64,000 nucleotides of DNA, taken from contig QPMI01000212.1 in the NCBI GenBank assembly GCA_004431415.1, positions 1 to 64,000 on the forward strand, written 5' to 3'. Within the stretch, counting starts at the first letter, position 1. Each line of letters starts with the position of its first letter. Made by a program: the position numbers and the translations under genes. Positions 32,628 to 46,304 of this stretch are shown one piece after another. The notes beneath the pieces were generated by a model, which was given only the letters and a program-made list of their open reading frames with translations, was not told the origin of the DNA and searched no databases. Source of the DNA: Cyanophora paradoxa CCMP329. Lineage: Eukaryota > Plantae > Glaucophyta.

Positions 32628-35534
32628 CTACAGGAGGAGGTCCATGGCGCTAGCGAAGGGCTGCGACTCGGGGGCCCCCGCCCCCTGCGGCCCGTCGTCG
32701 GCATCGCCCTCGTACCCCCCCTCGAAGGCGTCCTCGGGGGCCCCGGCCCCCGCCGGCGGCCCCCGCGCCAGGATCACCGACTCCACCGCAGGCCCCGCCC
32801 CGTCCTCCTCCTCCGCCTCCGCCTCCGCCTCCGCCGCATCCTCCGCATCCACACGCTTGGCCCGGGGCGTCGGCGCCGGCTTCGAATTAGGCTCCGGCTC
32901 CGAGAGGAGGCCGGCGGGCGGGGCGTCCCCCGCCACGAAGGTCGAGGGCGGGCTCTGGAAGGCCGCCGGCCCCGCCGCCTTTCCGCAGCTGACGAACTCG
33001 CGCGCATCAAGCTTTCCGTCCCCGTCCCCGGCGCCGTAGTACCCCGCGCCCTCCTGGAGGCGCGTCCCGTCGTACAGGCGGATCGCCTCCTCGGCGCGGG
33101 CGATGGAGACGGGCCGCGCCGCGCCCTGCGTCGCCCGCGCGAGCCGCCCCGCGTCCGCCTCGCCCGCCGCCCCGAACAGCGTCCGCCACGTCGCCTGCTC
33201 CCCGCTGAAGTTGTACCCCTCCTGCGCGCCCCGCTCGAGAAATAAAGGAGCGAGAGGAAGGAAAAGGCGGGGAGGGGCGGGCCTCGAGGGAGCGGTGGAG
33301 GAGGTGCGCGAGCTTCCCCGCGTGGTCCGTGGCCCCCAGGGCGCGGTAACCCTCCTCGCGGGCCGCCGCCCCGCACGCCTCGCGCTCGGTGCCCTCCTCC
33401 TGCGCTTGCCGCTGGGGCTCCCCCCGCGCCCCGGGGCCCGCCGGCCCCTCGTCGAAGTTCCGGGTACGCGCCCCGCCCTCCTCCTCCTCCTCCTCCTCCT
33501 CCTCCTCGGAGGTGCACCGCCTGTACCCGTCGAACGCGTCGGGCGCCGAGTCGACGCAGGCGCCCTTGGAGCCGGAGCCGGAGCCCAGGGCGAGCTTCGA
33601 GCCGAGCTGCTGCCGCCCCGCGGCGCCCTCCAGCTCGGGGCCCCCGTCCAGCGTCACGAAGGGGCACTTGTTCGCCTTCGTCAGGAAGGCGGGCTCCCTG
33701 GGGGGGTACAGGGCGTAAGAAAGAGGGAGGGAGGAGGAGAGAGAGAGGGGAAGGCCACTGCTATCTTAGGGCGGTCCAGCTAAACGAGAGAGGGGGCGGG
33801 CGGCCTGGGAGTGACGGCATCCGGCTGTCCGTAGAGCTTCTAGAAGGAGAAGAGGGGAGGATGGCGTACCCCTCGACGACGCTGCGGTCGACGAACTCGT
33901 AGGTCTTGGGGAGCTGCGGCCCGATCTGGGTGGGCGGCCCCTTCTCCACCCACTTGCCCTCCTGCATGCGCCAGGGCCCCGCCACCGCCGGCTTCTCTAT
34001 GCGCTCGCCCACGATCGTCACCGGCTCGCCCCGCCGCTCGCCCACCAGGCGGCTCCCCAGCGGCCTCGCGTCGCTCGTCACGTGCGCTGCCCTCACGTGA
34101 GCGTCGACGTCGGCTCAGGTGAGGGGCAAGGGGGGTACAGTGCGGACCGACGTAGGTGCCGACCTCCTTCCCCGTGCGGTAGTACATCTCGGGGGCCCCG
34201 CCGGACCCCGCGGCGGTACCCAGGGGCGACCCGAACGCAGCCGGCCTGCGCGCGGGGGTACGCGAGCGTAAGGAACGGGGCGGAGTCGAACCGATCTTCG
34301 GAAGAAAGCGCACGAGTCCGCCCATGAGAGGTTCAGGCGGGGGGTAGAAGGCGCGGCCAGGTCCAGGGGTACGCCGGCGCCGCCCGTAGCGTCGGAGCCT
34401 CCTAGGAGGGCGAGTGCCTCCAGGCCCGTGAGCCCCTCGCCGAGCCGCGCCACCGCCGCCTCGAGCTGCGAACGGAGTCTCAGAGGCCGGCAGGGAGGGG
34501 GGGGGGGAGTCTGAGCGGAGTCTGAGCGGCCGGAAGAGAGGGGGGGGGGGGGGGGGGGGGCGGTCCAAGCGGTCGGGCGGGCGCGCGGAAGAGGCGGCGC
34601 ACGGCGAGACTAAGCGGAAGGGGGCGGGCGCCGCGCGGCGGGCGGGCGGGCGGGTGGGAGGCGGTCTAAGCGGCCAGGCAGAGGCGGGGGCGGGCGGGCG
34701 GGCGGAGCCGGGTCCGTGTAAGCGGGCGAGGAGGGGGGTAGCGCACGGCGCCGTCGAGCGGGGAGTGGTCGTCCCAGGCGGAGCGGGCAGCCCATCCCGA
34801 GCCGGCCTCCGCCGAGTCCGCAGGCGAGAGCGAACCCCCGCTCCCCTCCCCTCCTTGTTCTTCCTCGGCCCTCGAAACGGAGGTGGAGGAGGGGGCCGGG
34901 GCGAGGGGCCGGGGCGCCCCCGTTGCGTACAGGATCGCCGGGTCCCGTAGCTCCAGGCTCGTCGCGAGGTGCAGGGCGGCCTCGCGTTCGGTCTCCGTCT
35001 CCGTCGCGTAGCGCTGGACCGTGGGGCGCATCACCTCCTGCTTCACCACGCGCTCCGCCCGCGCCTCGTACGCCGCCTTCCCCACCACGCTCGGGCCTTT
35101 AATCTGCCCCCCCCCCCTCTCAGGGACGGGTACGGGTGCAGGGGGGGGGGAGGAGATGAAATTGACCTCGATGACCTCCCCGAAGACGGTGAGGGGCCGC
35201 GCGAACTCGGCGGCCTTGGCCGCGGCGCCCTTGCCCTCCGCCCCGCACGGCTCGCCCGAGGAATCGAGGGGCGAGCCCGAGGGCTCCCGGTGCAGCCGCA
35301 GCGCCGGGTCCTTGATCGAGTAGCGTGTCCGGTCCTCCTTGTCCGCCTCTGCACGCGCCGCGCACGGCCCGGCTCATCAGCGGCGGCGGCGGAGGAGGAG
35401 GAGGAGGAGGAGGCGGCGGCGGTGGTTTCAGGCGCACGGATTCGATCGTAGAAGGCCTTTCCGCCGAGAATGTCGGGCAGCGGCTCGCCCGACGCCGACC
35501 GGAAGCCCGCGGCCGTCTGCGGGCGGCTTGAGAG

Positions 35535-35567
<33 letters not shown>

Positions 35568-35981
35568 ATCCGGTCGCGGGCGCACCTGCGGGTCATGCAG
35601 CGGCACGAGCGGGTCGAGCACGGGCGCCCCGGCCACCCTCGCCGGGCTGCTGGCGCCCGCCTCGATCATCTCCTCGCCGCGCCAGTGCGCGCCTCTGCGA
35701 GAGCGTCGCGCACGCCCAGGAGCGGCGCCGCGGGCGAGTGCGCTCACCAGAATCGCTCTCCCGGCGCCAGCCGCCGCCACAGCCTCGCTCGCACGCTGGA
35801 GGGTTTTCAGCTGCAGGACCTCTGATGGGCGGAGAGCCGTTGAAAGAAGGCCAGCAGCTGAGGCTTGATAGTACAGGCGAGCAGTTGGTGCGGCCGGGCC
35901 CGTAGGCTCCGAGGCTCCTTGCCCGTGTCGTGTGCTCGGAGCGGGTTCAGATGCACGCGGCTGGGTTATAGAATCCTCCAA
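32628..35981 (-). CDS. Multi-exon host hypothetical protein with one EF-hand-like motif
   Basis: Coding-like exons separated by short introns, with GDGDGKLDAREF near 32990-33030. Boundaries approximate. Confidence 0.45.
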
Positions 35982-36126
35982 GAGCTCAGCTGCGTGTGCG
36001 GCGGCTGGGAATTCAATGCGGAAGAGGAGCAGCCGTCAGCTGTGGGGGGTATAGCCCTTGTTTGCGGGGGGTTCTGCTGCGAATTTCTGCACATTCCCGC
36101 TAGCGCAGCGTCAGCGGATGCATATG

Positions 36127-37405
36127 CATGATGCCAGAGATGACCCAGACGAGCACAGTCCGATCGTCGGGCTGCCCAGAGAGATACTGTCGCTGATCAT
36201 CGAGCGCCTCGGCCTGCAGTGCGCGGCCAGCGCGAGGGCAGTGTGCTCCAGCTGGCGCCAGGCGGCAGACGCGGTGCAGTGGAGGTGGCTGGAACTCACG
36301 ACTCGGCGCGCGGCGCGCGCGGAACAGCTCGCGAAGACCCTCGTTCCAGCTGCAGCTGGCGCTGCGGCCGCGGCTGATCAGGCGGCCGCGGCCGGCGAAG
36401 CCCGCGGCCGGTGGATCCGCCTGGCCGCCGGCGCGTGCGTCTGATTGGAGTTCAGCGGCCCCGGAGACTTCGACGATGCCGAGGACCCCGAGCTGAGCTG
36501 GGGCGCGGCGCTCAAGCTCGTCGCGGCGAGCGCGGCGGCGAGCGGCGCCGGCGGCCTGGGCGGCATGGAGCTCTTCTGCCAGCGCTCGTCGAGCTGCTGC
36601 GCCGGCGACCTCCTCCGCGCCCTCACCCCGCCGGCCCCGCCGGCGCCGCCCGGAGGATGCGCGCAGGGCGCGCTCCGGTACCTCCGCCTCACCGGCAGCG
36701 ACCGCAGCAGCTACAGCCTCAGCGGCGAGTCGCCGGAGTGCGCCGGCCTGCCCGACGGCCTCGAGGATCTCCTGCGGCCCTTCCCGCGCCTCGAGGTCCT
36801 CGACCTTCCCTCGTGCTGCACCGCCGACGCCGTCGCCGTCTCGGCCCTCGCCCGCTCCCTCCCGCGCCTCAGGGAGGTCCGCTCCCGTCCTGCGGCCCGC
36901 CCGCCCGCCCGCCCGCCTGCTCCTGCACCCTGCTGATCGACATCCCACCCCCCTCCCCCCCCTCAGCTGCAGCTCGGGTTCGCCCCGGGCCTCGAGTGCG
37001 CGGCGGGCCTGGCGCCGCTGGCCGCCCTCGAGATCCTCGACCTGAAGGGCCGCCCGGGAGACGTCCCCGACCTCGCCCCCGTCCTCGAGGGCCTCGCCGC
37101 CGGGCCCGCCGCCCGCTCCCTCCAGCGGTGCGCCTCCAATCTAAGCTCTGCTAAGCTAATTATAAGCTAAGCTATAGTACCAAGCCAGGCTAAGCGCTAA
37201 GCTAAGCTTGTAGCTTAGTATCTAGTACCGATCCTTTGCTTTCTCCAAATGTTAACAGTTCTGAAGCTCAGTTCGCTAAGCTTAAGCTTTTCCCGCCAGC
37301 ATCCAGGGCGACGGGGAGCTGACGGAGTTCGGCCTGCGCGCCCTCCCGCGCCTCACCGCGCTGCGCTGCCTCCAGGGCCAGTACGCGGTGCGCTCGCTCG
37401 CCGCG

Positions 37406-37440
<35 letters not shown>

Positions 37441-38306
37441 CCCCCGCCCCCGCCCCCGCCGCGCCCGCCCCGTCTTCGTTCCCGCCCCCCGCCCCGCCCT
37501 CCGCCTCTTCGTCCCCGCCCCCGCCCCCGCCTCCGCCCCCGCCGAACTCGAATCTGATCTCCGCCCGAACTCGAATCTGATTTCCGCCCCCCGTTGCTTC
37601 TCTGCAGGTGGAAGGCTCCGTCCCCGCGGCGGCCCTCGCCGCCCTCGCCTCCTGCACCTCCTCCTCTTCGGCCCCCGGGGCGAGGAGGCGGTACCCCTGC
37701 TCGCGGAGCTCCTCGCCGGCTTCAGGGCGGCCCTCGAGCGTACCCCCCTCCTCGAACTCGGCCTCAACATCCGTGCGTTCTTTCGTTTCTCCTCCATTCG
37801 ACTTCAGTTTAATTTGCTCTGACCATCCGGCCGACCGTCAGCCCTGCCGCCGTCCTCGGAATCCCTCGCGGCCCTTTCTTCCCTCGTGCGGGCGGCCGGG
37901 CCGGGCCGCCTGGAGCTCTCGGTCGACCTGAACTTCAGGGACGGCGGCGCGGGCCTGCCGTCCGACCCCGCCGCCGCCGCCGCCCTCTGCGAGGCCCTGG
38001 TGGCCGCCCCGCCCCGCAGCGTCGACTTCACGGTGAACGCCGACCCGGATGCCGTCGCCGCCGGCCGCCTCGCCGCCCTCGCCGCCCTCGCGGGGTGCTA
38101 CCCCCTCACCCAATTCGAGGCCCGTCCCCCGCCCTGCCCAGGCCTAGCCTCCGGGTCTGACCGGAGGCGCAGGTTCGGCTCCGGCTGGGATCCCCCAAGA
38201 GTCTGCCGCGGCCGGCCCGGCGGCCGCCGAGCCGTGCGGCGAGCCCTCCCCTCCGCCCCCCTGAGGGTGTGGAATGTCCCGAACTTGATGTTCGCTGATG
38301 TTTGAT
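36127..38306 (+). CDS. F-box / LRR protein (in-frame TGA at 36442-36444; possible pseudogene)
   Basis: F-box LPREILSLIIERL..ARAVCSSWR, followed by LRR-like PFPRLEVLDLP, LPRLRE, LAPLAALEILDL. Confidence 0.75.
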
Positions 38307-38633
38307 GAGCTTGAAGCTTCGCCTGCTGATGAGTTTACTGAGGTAAACGTTGACCTCGAAGCAAATGCAAGAGTTCTAGTGCGCATGCAGTCGCGCTACA
38401 TGTACACGCCGTAGGATGCGCATCGATGTATGCCCCAGAGCGTGCAGGGTGCACGTGGACATGGCCCGCCGACGTGCGCCCCCATCCTAATTATAACGGC
38501 GCGGCGGGCCGTGCACGGCAGGCATATGCATGCTTATGGCAGGCACGGCACGGCACAGCACGCGTACGGCATGGCAAGCTTGAGATCGAATTGTATCGCC
38601 CCGTTCCTGTTCGTGTGGGCCCTGCCCGTGGCC

Positions 38634-39350
38634 ATGGACACCCCCGACCCCGCATCGCTCCGGATCCTCTCCGCCCTCGCCTTCCGCGGGGTATACGTAC
38701 CCTGCTGGCTCGACATCCCCCTCGACGTCCGCCCGTACCCCCCTTCCCCCCCCCCACCCCACTCTTTCAGTGACGGCTCCGCAGGGCGCCGCCTTTTCGG
38801 AGGCGGCGGAGGCGGCGCTGGCGGACTGCGCGGCGTGTACCCCTTCTCTCCCACGCCACCGGCTCTTCCTCCCGTCTCCCCGCCCCGCGCGCCCCGCCCC
38901 GCATGCGCAGTGCTTGGACGCCCTCCTCTCGTCGCTCGAGGGCTACGTGCCCCCCCGCTCCGGACCCGCCGCCAAAGGTGCATGCGCAGAGGCTGCCGGC
39001 GCGCCACGGGGCCCGGCGCCGGCCCCGCATGGCCAGAAACGCTGTGCCCCGCTCCTTTGATCATGATTTGCCCCCCGCTGCCGCGCCCTAGCCTCTTACG
39101 CCCCGGGTGTCCAGGCGCGGGCGGCGGCGCTGCAGGCGAAGCTCGCCGCCGGCGCCCGCGAGCTGAACTTCGGAAGGAAGTGGCCTTACCGGTACCGGTA
39201 CCCCCGCCCCGCCCCGCCCCGCCACGCCCCCGTGTGGCCAACCGCCGGCCCCGCCCCGCCCCGCGCAGCTCGAGCGGCAGATAGCGACCCTCGAGGCGGC
39301 CGCCGCCCGCGAGTCATCGTCCCGCGACGCGAATTCGAAGGGGGAGAAGA
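38634..39350 (+). CDS. Small multi-exon hypothetical protein
   Basis: Exon-like segments MDTPDPASLRILSALAFRGVYVPCWLD and CLDALLSSLEGY, separated by GT..AG introns. Confidence 0.3.
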
Positions 39351-39695
39351 AGGCGCGGGGCGGGCCCGTGCCGCCGCCCCCGCCGCCGCGGCGCCCCCGC
39401 TCGAGCCTCGGAGCCCGCATAAGTCGAGGCGGACGCCCCGGCTGCTCCCTGGCCCCGCCGCCAAAGAGGGACAAGGGAAAGCTTAAGAGCAAGGCATGCG
39501 CCCTCATGTGAGGGCCGGACTCGGGCCGCCGAGCAGCCGCATCGAGCTTGAGGGGCGCCCTTGCGCCGTTTGCAGGCTTGCCCGCCCCGGCCCAGTGCCC
39601 AGGCCCCACCGCCACTGCGTGTGTCGCGTGTACTGCGCGTACTATTGCGCGCCGGCGCACGGGAAGCGGGGCGCGGGGCGCGGGGCGCGGGGCCG

Positions 39696-40380
39696 CTACA
39701 AGCAGTCGGCGTCGACGGCCGCCTCCTCCGCCTCGAAGAAGTCGCCCTCCGCCGCCTCGCCTGCACACGGGCGCGGTCACCGCCGGCCGCACGGGCGAAC
39801 GGGCGAGGAAGGCGGGGGCGCACCGGCGCAGGCAAAGGCGGGCATGTCGCCGCTGGCGCCGTCCAGCGCCAGCGCGACCTGCGGGGCGGGGCGGGCCCGG
39901 CGCGCGCCCGCTCAGTCCAGCGGGCGGGCGGGTCGGGGGCCAGAGTGAGGTAGGGCGGACCTCGTCCGCCTCGCTGATCAGGGAGCCCGAGGAGAAGATC
40001 GGGCCGTCGCCGTTGTCGCCGCCGCTGCTGCCCGCCGCCACGCCGTTCGGGTTCACGGCCTTGCAGGCGTTCAGGCACGAGATGTAGGCCGTGTTCTTGA
40101 GGTAGCCGGCGCTGTAGCTGCTCCCCGCCGGCGTGCGGGCGTCAGGCGGCAGAACGCAGGCGCAGCCGCCGCGGCGGGCGGGCGAGGCGGCGCTCACGCG
40201 GAGGTGCAGCCCAGCCGGCACGCCTCCTTTGCCTGCGAAGCGAGCGCGGGTGAGATCTCCGGCGGCTTCTCGCATCGGGGAGGCCGGGCGGTTTGGGCGG
40301 TTTGAAGCGCGGCGGCAGTTGCGCCCTCGCCAGCCGGGACACGAAATGATTGCAAAGCTATTGTGCGGAAGGCGGCATTC
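39696..40380 (-). CDS. Small multi-exon hypothetical protein
   Basis: Exon-like GSSYSAGYLKNTAYISCLNACKAVNP and GDFFEAEEAAVDADCL*. The start is uncertain. Confidence 0.35.
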
Positions 40381-40581
40381 GAAAGGCTGTGCATCTAACG
40401 CCGCAGTAAGGTGGCGGGCGGAGCTCCGCTTGTGAAGCTGCTCGGGCGTGCCGCACCCCCTCGGAGCTGTCGCCAATGTACGTCGTCGTCGGATTGAAGC
40501 CTGCCGACATCTTTCCGGAGGACTTGCGATGATAAGGGGGGGTATCGCGTTCAAATCGTTCAAAGTGGTTTAGCCGTATAC

Positions 40582-43500
40582 GTGTCCAAGCTGGAGGACG
40601 ACGACGACTACCGGTCGAAGCGTGGCGGCGACGACTACCTGCCGGCTGCCATCAGCCCGCCGCCAGCTCGAAACGCACCAAGCCGCGGCCTGCAGCCCCT
40701 CGAGCACTTGTGGGAGCAGCACAACCTCAGCCTAGGTTCGGTTCACATCGACGATTACCGCCCCGACGCCGAGCCGTCGCTGTCCCTGGATCTCTCGCCC
40801 GTTAGGGGCCGCACGCCGCCGGGCAGCGACGTCGGCATCACAGAGCGGACCCGGAAGACCGAGGTATCCGAGGCGGGCGTACGGACCGCCGAGGGCGCCG
40901 CGCACGAGCAGGCGGGCCCAGCTGCAGGCCCAGGCCTCGGCAAGAAAGTCAGCTTCGCGCGCCAGCTCACAGGTCGGCCGCCGCCGCCGCGCCGGCTTCG
41001 CCTCGCACAGTTCGCCCATTTACAGCGCGTCCCGCGTGCAGCCGGCGGCGGCTGGGTCGACGCCACGTACCTTCCGCACCCAGAACAGAAGATGTCGGCC
41101 TGGGCGCGGTCCGGAACCACTATTTTGCTCTCGCCCCCGCGCGGCGCACGCACCCATCTTTGATGCGCGGGCGCGCGCAGGCTGCGGTCGGCCTTTTCGA
41201 GGCTGGACATGGACGACCTGTTCGCCTACCAGACGCGCGCCCCACCCCGCCCCGGCCCGCCGCATCCGGCCCAGGCCCCGTTGACTGACGCCTCCGCCCG
41301 CCGCGCAGGCCCAAGCTGGTGCCGCGGGCGGGAGGGCGGGCGCGCGCGGGGCCGAAGCGGCTCGCTAAGGGGCGGGGCCGCAGGTCACGATGCGCGACCG
41401 GCGACTCGGCCTGCTCCACACGGCCTTCATGATCGCTATCTTCGTCTACATAGTCGTCTTCGTGATCATTATCGAGAAGGGGTACCTGGCCCGCGAGACG
41501 CCCGTGGCCGTCGTCCGCTCGTCCTTCCTCGAACCTCGAGCCTTCTCGCCGGCCGCCTCCCTTCCCTACTGCAGTGCGACCGGCCGGCCCTACCCCTCCC
41601 TCCCCTCCTTTCTTTCCGCCTGCGCCGAGCGCGCGGGGAATTGCAGGCCAGTCGGCGGCCATCGACTCGCGGGGCCGGGCGAACCACCCGTGCCTCTACT
41701 GGGACTTTCGGGAGGCGCAGTACCCCGCCGAGGGCTCCGACCGCATCTTCCTCACGTCGCGCGTCACGGAGACGCGCGAGGCCGTGCGCTGTACCCCCCC
41801 CCGGGGGGGGCGCGCCGCCCTCCGCCCCCCGCCCGCCGCCCACCGCCGCCCCCGCAGGCGCTGCCGGATGCGTGCCAGCCGGAGCCGACGTCGCCCGAGT
41901 GCGCGGCGCGGGGGGTAGAGGCGCGCGAGACTTACTACGTCGCCGACGTCGAGGGTACCCCTCCCGCCACGTCCGCGCCTCGTAGCCCCCCCACCTCACC
42001 GCGCTGTACCCCAGAGTTCACGCTGATGGTGGACCACGGGGCGCTGGGCTTCAAGCTCCAGGTCGGCGCCAGCGTACCCGGCATGAAGGGCCGGCTCGTC
42101 GGTGCGCGCCCGCGTAACCCCCTCGGACCCCTTCCCCCCACTTCGCCGTCTGAGCGCCCCGCGCCCTCCCCTGCAGACCTCGACGGCAAGGAAATCAAGG
42201 CGCGCCCTCACGCCTCTCCCCATCCCTCCCTCCCCCCCCCCCCCCTCCCCCTTCCCCCCTCTCTTCCCTTGCGAGCCGCCGCCGGCATACGCAGGCCTTC
42301 ACGGACGGGGCGCGACCCGGGGACATCATGACCGGTGCCTCCCCCCCCGCCCCCCTGTACCCCGCCTCGCTTCCCCCTCTCCCCCTCTTACCCCCTGTCC
42401 CGCCTCGCTGCTCCCTCCCCTTCTCTAACGGGTCTTGGCGGGCGGCAGTGCGCGAGCTGCTGCAGGCCGCAGGCAACGTCGACCTGGACGGTACCCCCCT
42501 CTCCTTCCCCCCTCCCTCTCCGCCCCCCCCAAGCGAACCCCGTACCCCGCGCGCAGCGAACTCGGCGTCGTCGACGGCGGAGGCGGGCGAGTCGGTGCGC
42601 TCGGACGGCCTCGTGCTCGTCGTCTACATCGACTACGGCAACCGCGGCATCGCCCCGAACCAGGGTACGCGTTATTACCTATATATGTCTTCTTCCCTTC
42701 TCTTCTCGGAGGAGGAGGGGGGCATGGCTCGCCTGAGCTTCGAGGGCAGACGAGATCAGCTACAAGTACAAGGTGCGGGCGATCCAGGGCAAAAAGTACA
42801 AGGCCGAGGAGGTCCTCTGGGCGCCGTACCCCTCCCGCCGCGTCATTCGCAACCGCCACGGCCTCCTCATCACCTTCGTGGTCCGTACCCCCCTCCCTTT
42901 TCCCCCTCCCCGCCCCCCTCCCAAGAGACCTCACGCCCCGACGCCGCGCAGGCCGTCGGTGCGCGGGCCTTGTACCCCCCCTGCACCAAACGCTCCGCGC
43001 GCGCGAGCCGAGCCGAGCCGATCGTCGGGGCGGCGGGGGTACAGGCGAGGTTGGCGTCTTCAGCTTCCAGACGATGCTCATCAACCTCGTCACGGCCCTC
43101 GGTACGACGTACCCCCATTCGCCACTCCTTCCCGGCGAGCAAGCGAGCGGGCGTTCTCCCGCAGGGCTCATGGCCGTCGCGACGACCGTCACCGTGCTTC
43201 TCCCCCCCCCTACCCCCCTCACCTCACCCCCAACTCCCCTCCCCCCCCCCCCCCCCCCCCACAGGACATGCTGGCGCTGCACCTGATGCCGCAGAAGAAG
43301 TACTACAAGGAGTACAAGTTCCAGGCCCGCCCCGCCCTCGCCCTCGCCCGCCCCGCCCTCTCCCGCCCCGCCCTGCCCACCCCGCCCGCCTTGGCCCGCC
43401 CCGCCCCGCCCCGCCCCGCCCCGCCCCGCCCCGCCCCGCCCCGCCCGCCTGGGCCCGACCCGCCCGGCCCGGCCCCGTCCTGACCCGGCCCGCTCTAGAC

Positions 43501-44420
43501 CTCCCGCGCGAGGGGACCCCGGCCTCACCTGACCTGACCGCTCCTCCCCCCCCGGCCTCAGGTGACGGAGGACTTCAGCAACCTTCGGGACAAGCTCCGC
43601 GCCGAGAAGCGCGACGAGGAGGCCAAGCGCCGGTCCGCCCGCGCCCAGCCCGCCCCAAGACCGCCACCCTCTTTTTAGCTATCCCTTGAACTTGATTCCT
43701 TCCCCCACCCCGCCCCGCCCCGCCCCCGCCTTACCTTCCCTCCTCGTTTCAGGGCCTTCATATTAGCCGGCCACCCTATTTACAGCCATCTAGACCTATT
43801 GAATTAGATCTAGGCTCGCCCTCTAGACAACCCCTCTCGCCCTCACCCGCCCGCCCCGCCCCGCCCCGCCCCAGGGCCTTCCTGGACGGGCGGGCGGACG
43901 CGCTGGCGGGGGCGGGCATGGAGGGCACGGTCGTCACCCCGAAGGCCGCGTTCGGCTTCGGGGCCCTCGCGGGGTCGCCTCCCGTCGTCTCCGCTGCGTG
44001 CGCCTCCTTTCATACTCAATCTTAAGCTTTCATACTTATAATATGCTATATATGCTATATGCGCTTGTAATATGCTATATGGTCGTCTCCGCCGCGTGCG
44101 CCCCTTTTATACTTAAGCTTCACATACTTAAGCTACTTAAGCTTTTAATATTTAAGCCTCACATAAGCCGCGTGCGCCCCCTTTCTGAACTTTGTGTGCT
44201 GTACTACACACACTCTTTAATTATTCTTTGCTGCTCCGCTCGGCTCCGCTCCGCTCTTCTAAGAGGGGGCGCAGGGACCGGCTGCCGCGGGAGGCGCCGC
44301 GGGAGCGGGCCGACGCCTCCTTCGAGTTCTCCATCGGCTGAGGGCGCGCGCCGGCGCCCCCGCGCCCGCCGCCGCCGCCGCTCCACAGCTCGATCTTCCG
44401 ATCGCCTGGCCTCTGAATAG
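40582..44420 (+). CDS. P2X purinergic receptor (ATP-gated cation channel), multi-exon
   Basis: Spliced product has FAYQTPKLV (YxTxK), RDRRLG-TM1-EKGY, LPYC, CLYWD, YYVADVE.FTLMVDH, RHGLLITF, GxFSFQTMLINL-TM2 and KYYKEYKF (YxxxK). Start and end approximate. Confidence 0.92.
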
Positions 44421-44666
44421 CTCGCCCTTGTATATTGCTATCTACGTAGGTTATTTTTCTAGAAGTTCTATTTGCTCATTGATTTTGAAACGACCCCCCC
44501 CCTCCCCCCCCCCTCCCCCCCCCCCTCCCTTGGCCCCCTGGGTCAGGGCTGCGGGGCCTTGACGATGGCCGCTGGAGAGGGAAGCTAATTTTACAGGCCC
44601 AGCTGCAGCTGCAGTCAGCAAGGGGACGTGCGGTTCGAATCCCGGCTGCGGTGCGCGCGCCAAAGC

Positions 44667-46304
44667 TTAAGCTTCGCGATCGATATCGGAAGAGCATCGA
44701 TATCGATCTGCACAAATGCAACGAGGGGATTGGCGCCCGATTCGGAAGAAACCGCCGCGGCCGGGGTACAAGCTTTTAAGAACGTCGAGAGATCGATGCG
44801 GAGCTATCTTCCCTACACGGTATCGCGTCGCGGGGTACGCGGATTCGAAGGGGTTACGCAAATTCAAAGGGGGGCGCCGGCAGGCTGGGAGGCTGGGGGA
44901 TCCGGAGCTGCATGCACAGGCCAGGGCCAAGATCATGCGTATAGGACAGGATAAATATATTCTGTACGTCTCATCGCGCTTAAAACTATTCGAGCACGCG
45001 GAGGAGCACGGCCGCCGCGCGCTCCGAGTCGGTCGTGTCGACGCAGACGCCTCTGAAGGGCGAGCTGTAGCCCATTTCTTCGTAGAGATCGAGTACCCGT
45101 TCCTGCAGCGGCGGCACACACCCATCGGCCAGGCTCAGAATTTCGAAGCGGGGCGTGGGGAGAGGGAAGGTTGGGGGGGGGGGGGGGGGGGGGGGGGGCG
45201 CTAGAGGGATACCTGGTACTCTGGATCGTCTTCGCCGAGTCGCTCCCGCAGCGCCCGCTCTGCGTTCCCCGCCTGTTCGTACCGCTCGCTGCGAGGGCGC
45301 TGCTCGTTCCTTGGAAGCCGTACCCCTGGCGGGGGGGGGGTACGCACGAGAGGGTGCGGCTGGTGGCCTCCGAGTCCGCTGTGCAGAGGATGATGGAGCA
45401 GCCGTGGCCAAAGAGTTCGTCTGAGGCGTCGGTAATATGCTCTGCATCCCCGTACTTTGTCTCTGGGATTTCGTATTCGGCTAGATAGTGGACCCTCGGC
45501 GAGAAGGGCGAGCGGTGCATGAAGGCCAGGCCCCCGCGGAACGAGCTCGGTTCCTTCTGCGCGGGAGATCAGTTTTGAGTTCGAGGCCAGCTGCCTGCGG
45601 CCGGCGGACCTTATAGCGGCGGTGCAGCTTGTCGACGAAGTCGATGCAGGCAGCCGCCCAGCGCACGCCCACGACGCCCCCGACGCGTACGGGTTCGCAG
45701 CTCCGATACTGCGGACGGCGCCGGCGCCCGCCGCGGGCGTGAGCCGCAACGTACAGAGGCGCCGCAGTGCCGCAGTGCGGCACGGCCCACCTTCTTGCAG
45801 AAGTCAATGTACCGAGTGCTGCAATTTGCAACCGCGCCGCGCGCACGTGAGCCGTCGATCAGCGGTCCGCGCGCGCGCCGACATGCACGCGCGACGCAAA
45901 GCCAACAATCGAACTCGCTTGTGCGTCGTGTAGCCGAGTGCCTGCAGGCGCGCGAGGAGCCCGCCCTTGTTGGCGCCGCCAGGGCCTTCCAGCATGACGA
46001 TATGCAGGCCCTCGCGCTCGACATTGTTCCGCCGCCGCAGCTTTTCCTTTGCCTCTTCCACCTTCTCGACTACGCGCGGCGCGCGTCAGCGGATCTGATC
46101 GGAAGAGAACGACGCCAACAGACTGTGCGCACCCGGGATGATGGCACGGTACAAAGAGATGTCGCTGTAAAGTCTGCGCATGCCAGTGGAGCGGCCGGTT
46201 GCGCCTGCCACTGCATGCGCAGCTGGCGCCGACATTCGCTGACATCGCCACCTACGCCAGCTAGCGAGCTGACTTCGAAAAGGGATCAGCGCAATAAACG
46301 CCAT
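44667..46304 (-). CDS. P-loop nucleoside/nucleotide kinase-like protein (thymidylate kinase-like), multi-exon
   Basis: HIVMLEGPGGANKGGLLARLQALGY resembles the hhhhEGxxGxGK loop. HRSPFS corresponds to DRS, and VDTT lies near the C-terminus. Confidence 0.55.
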
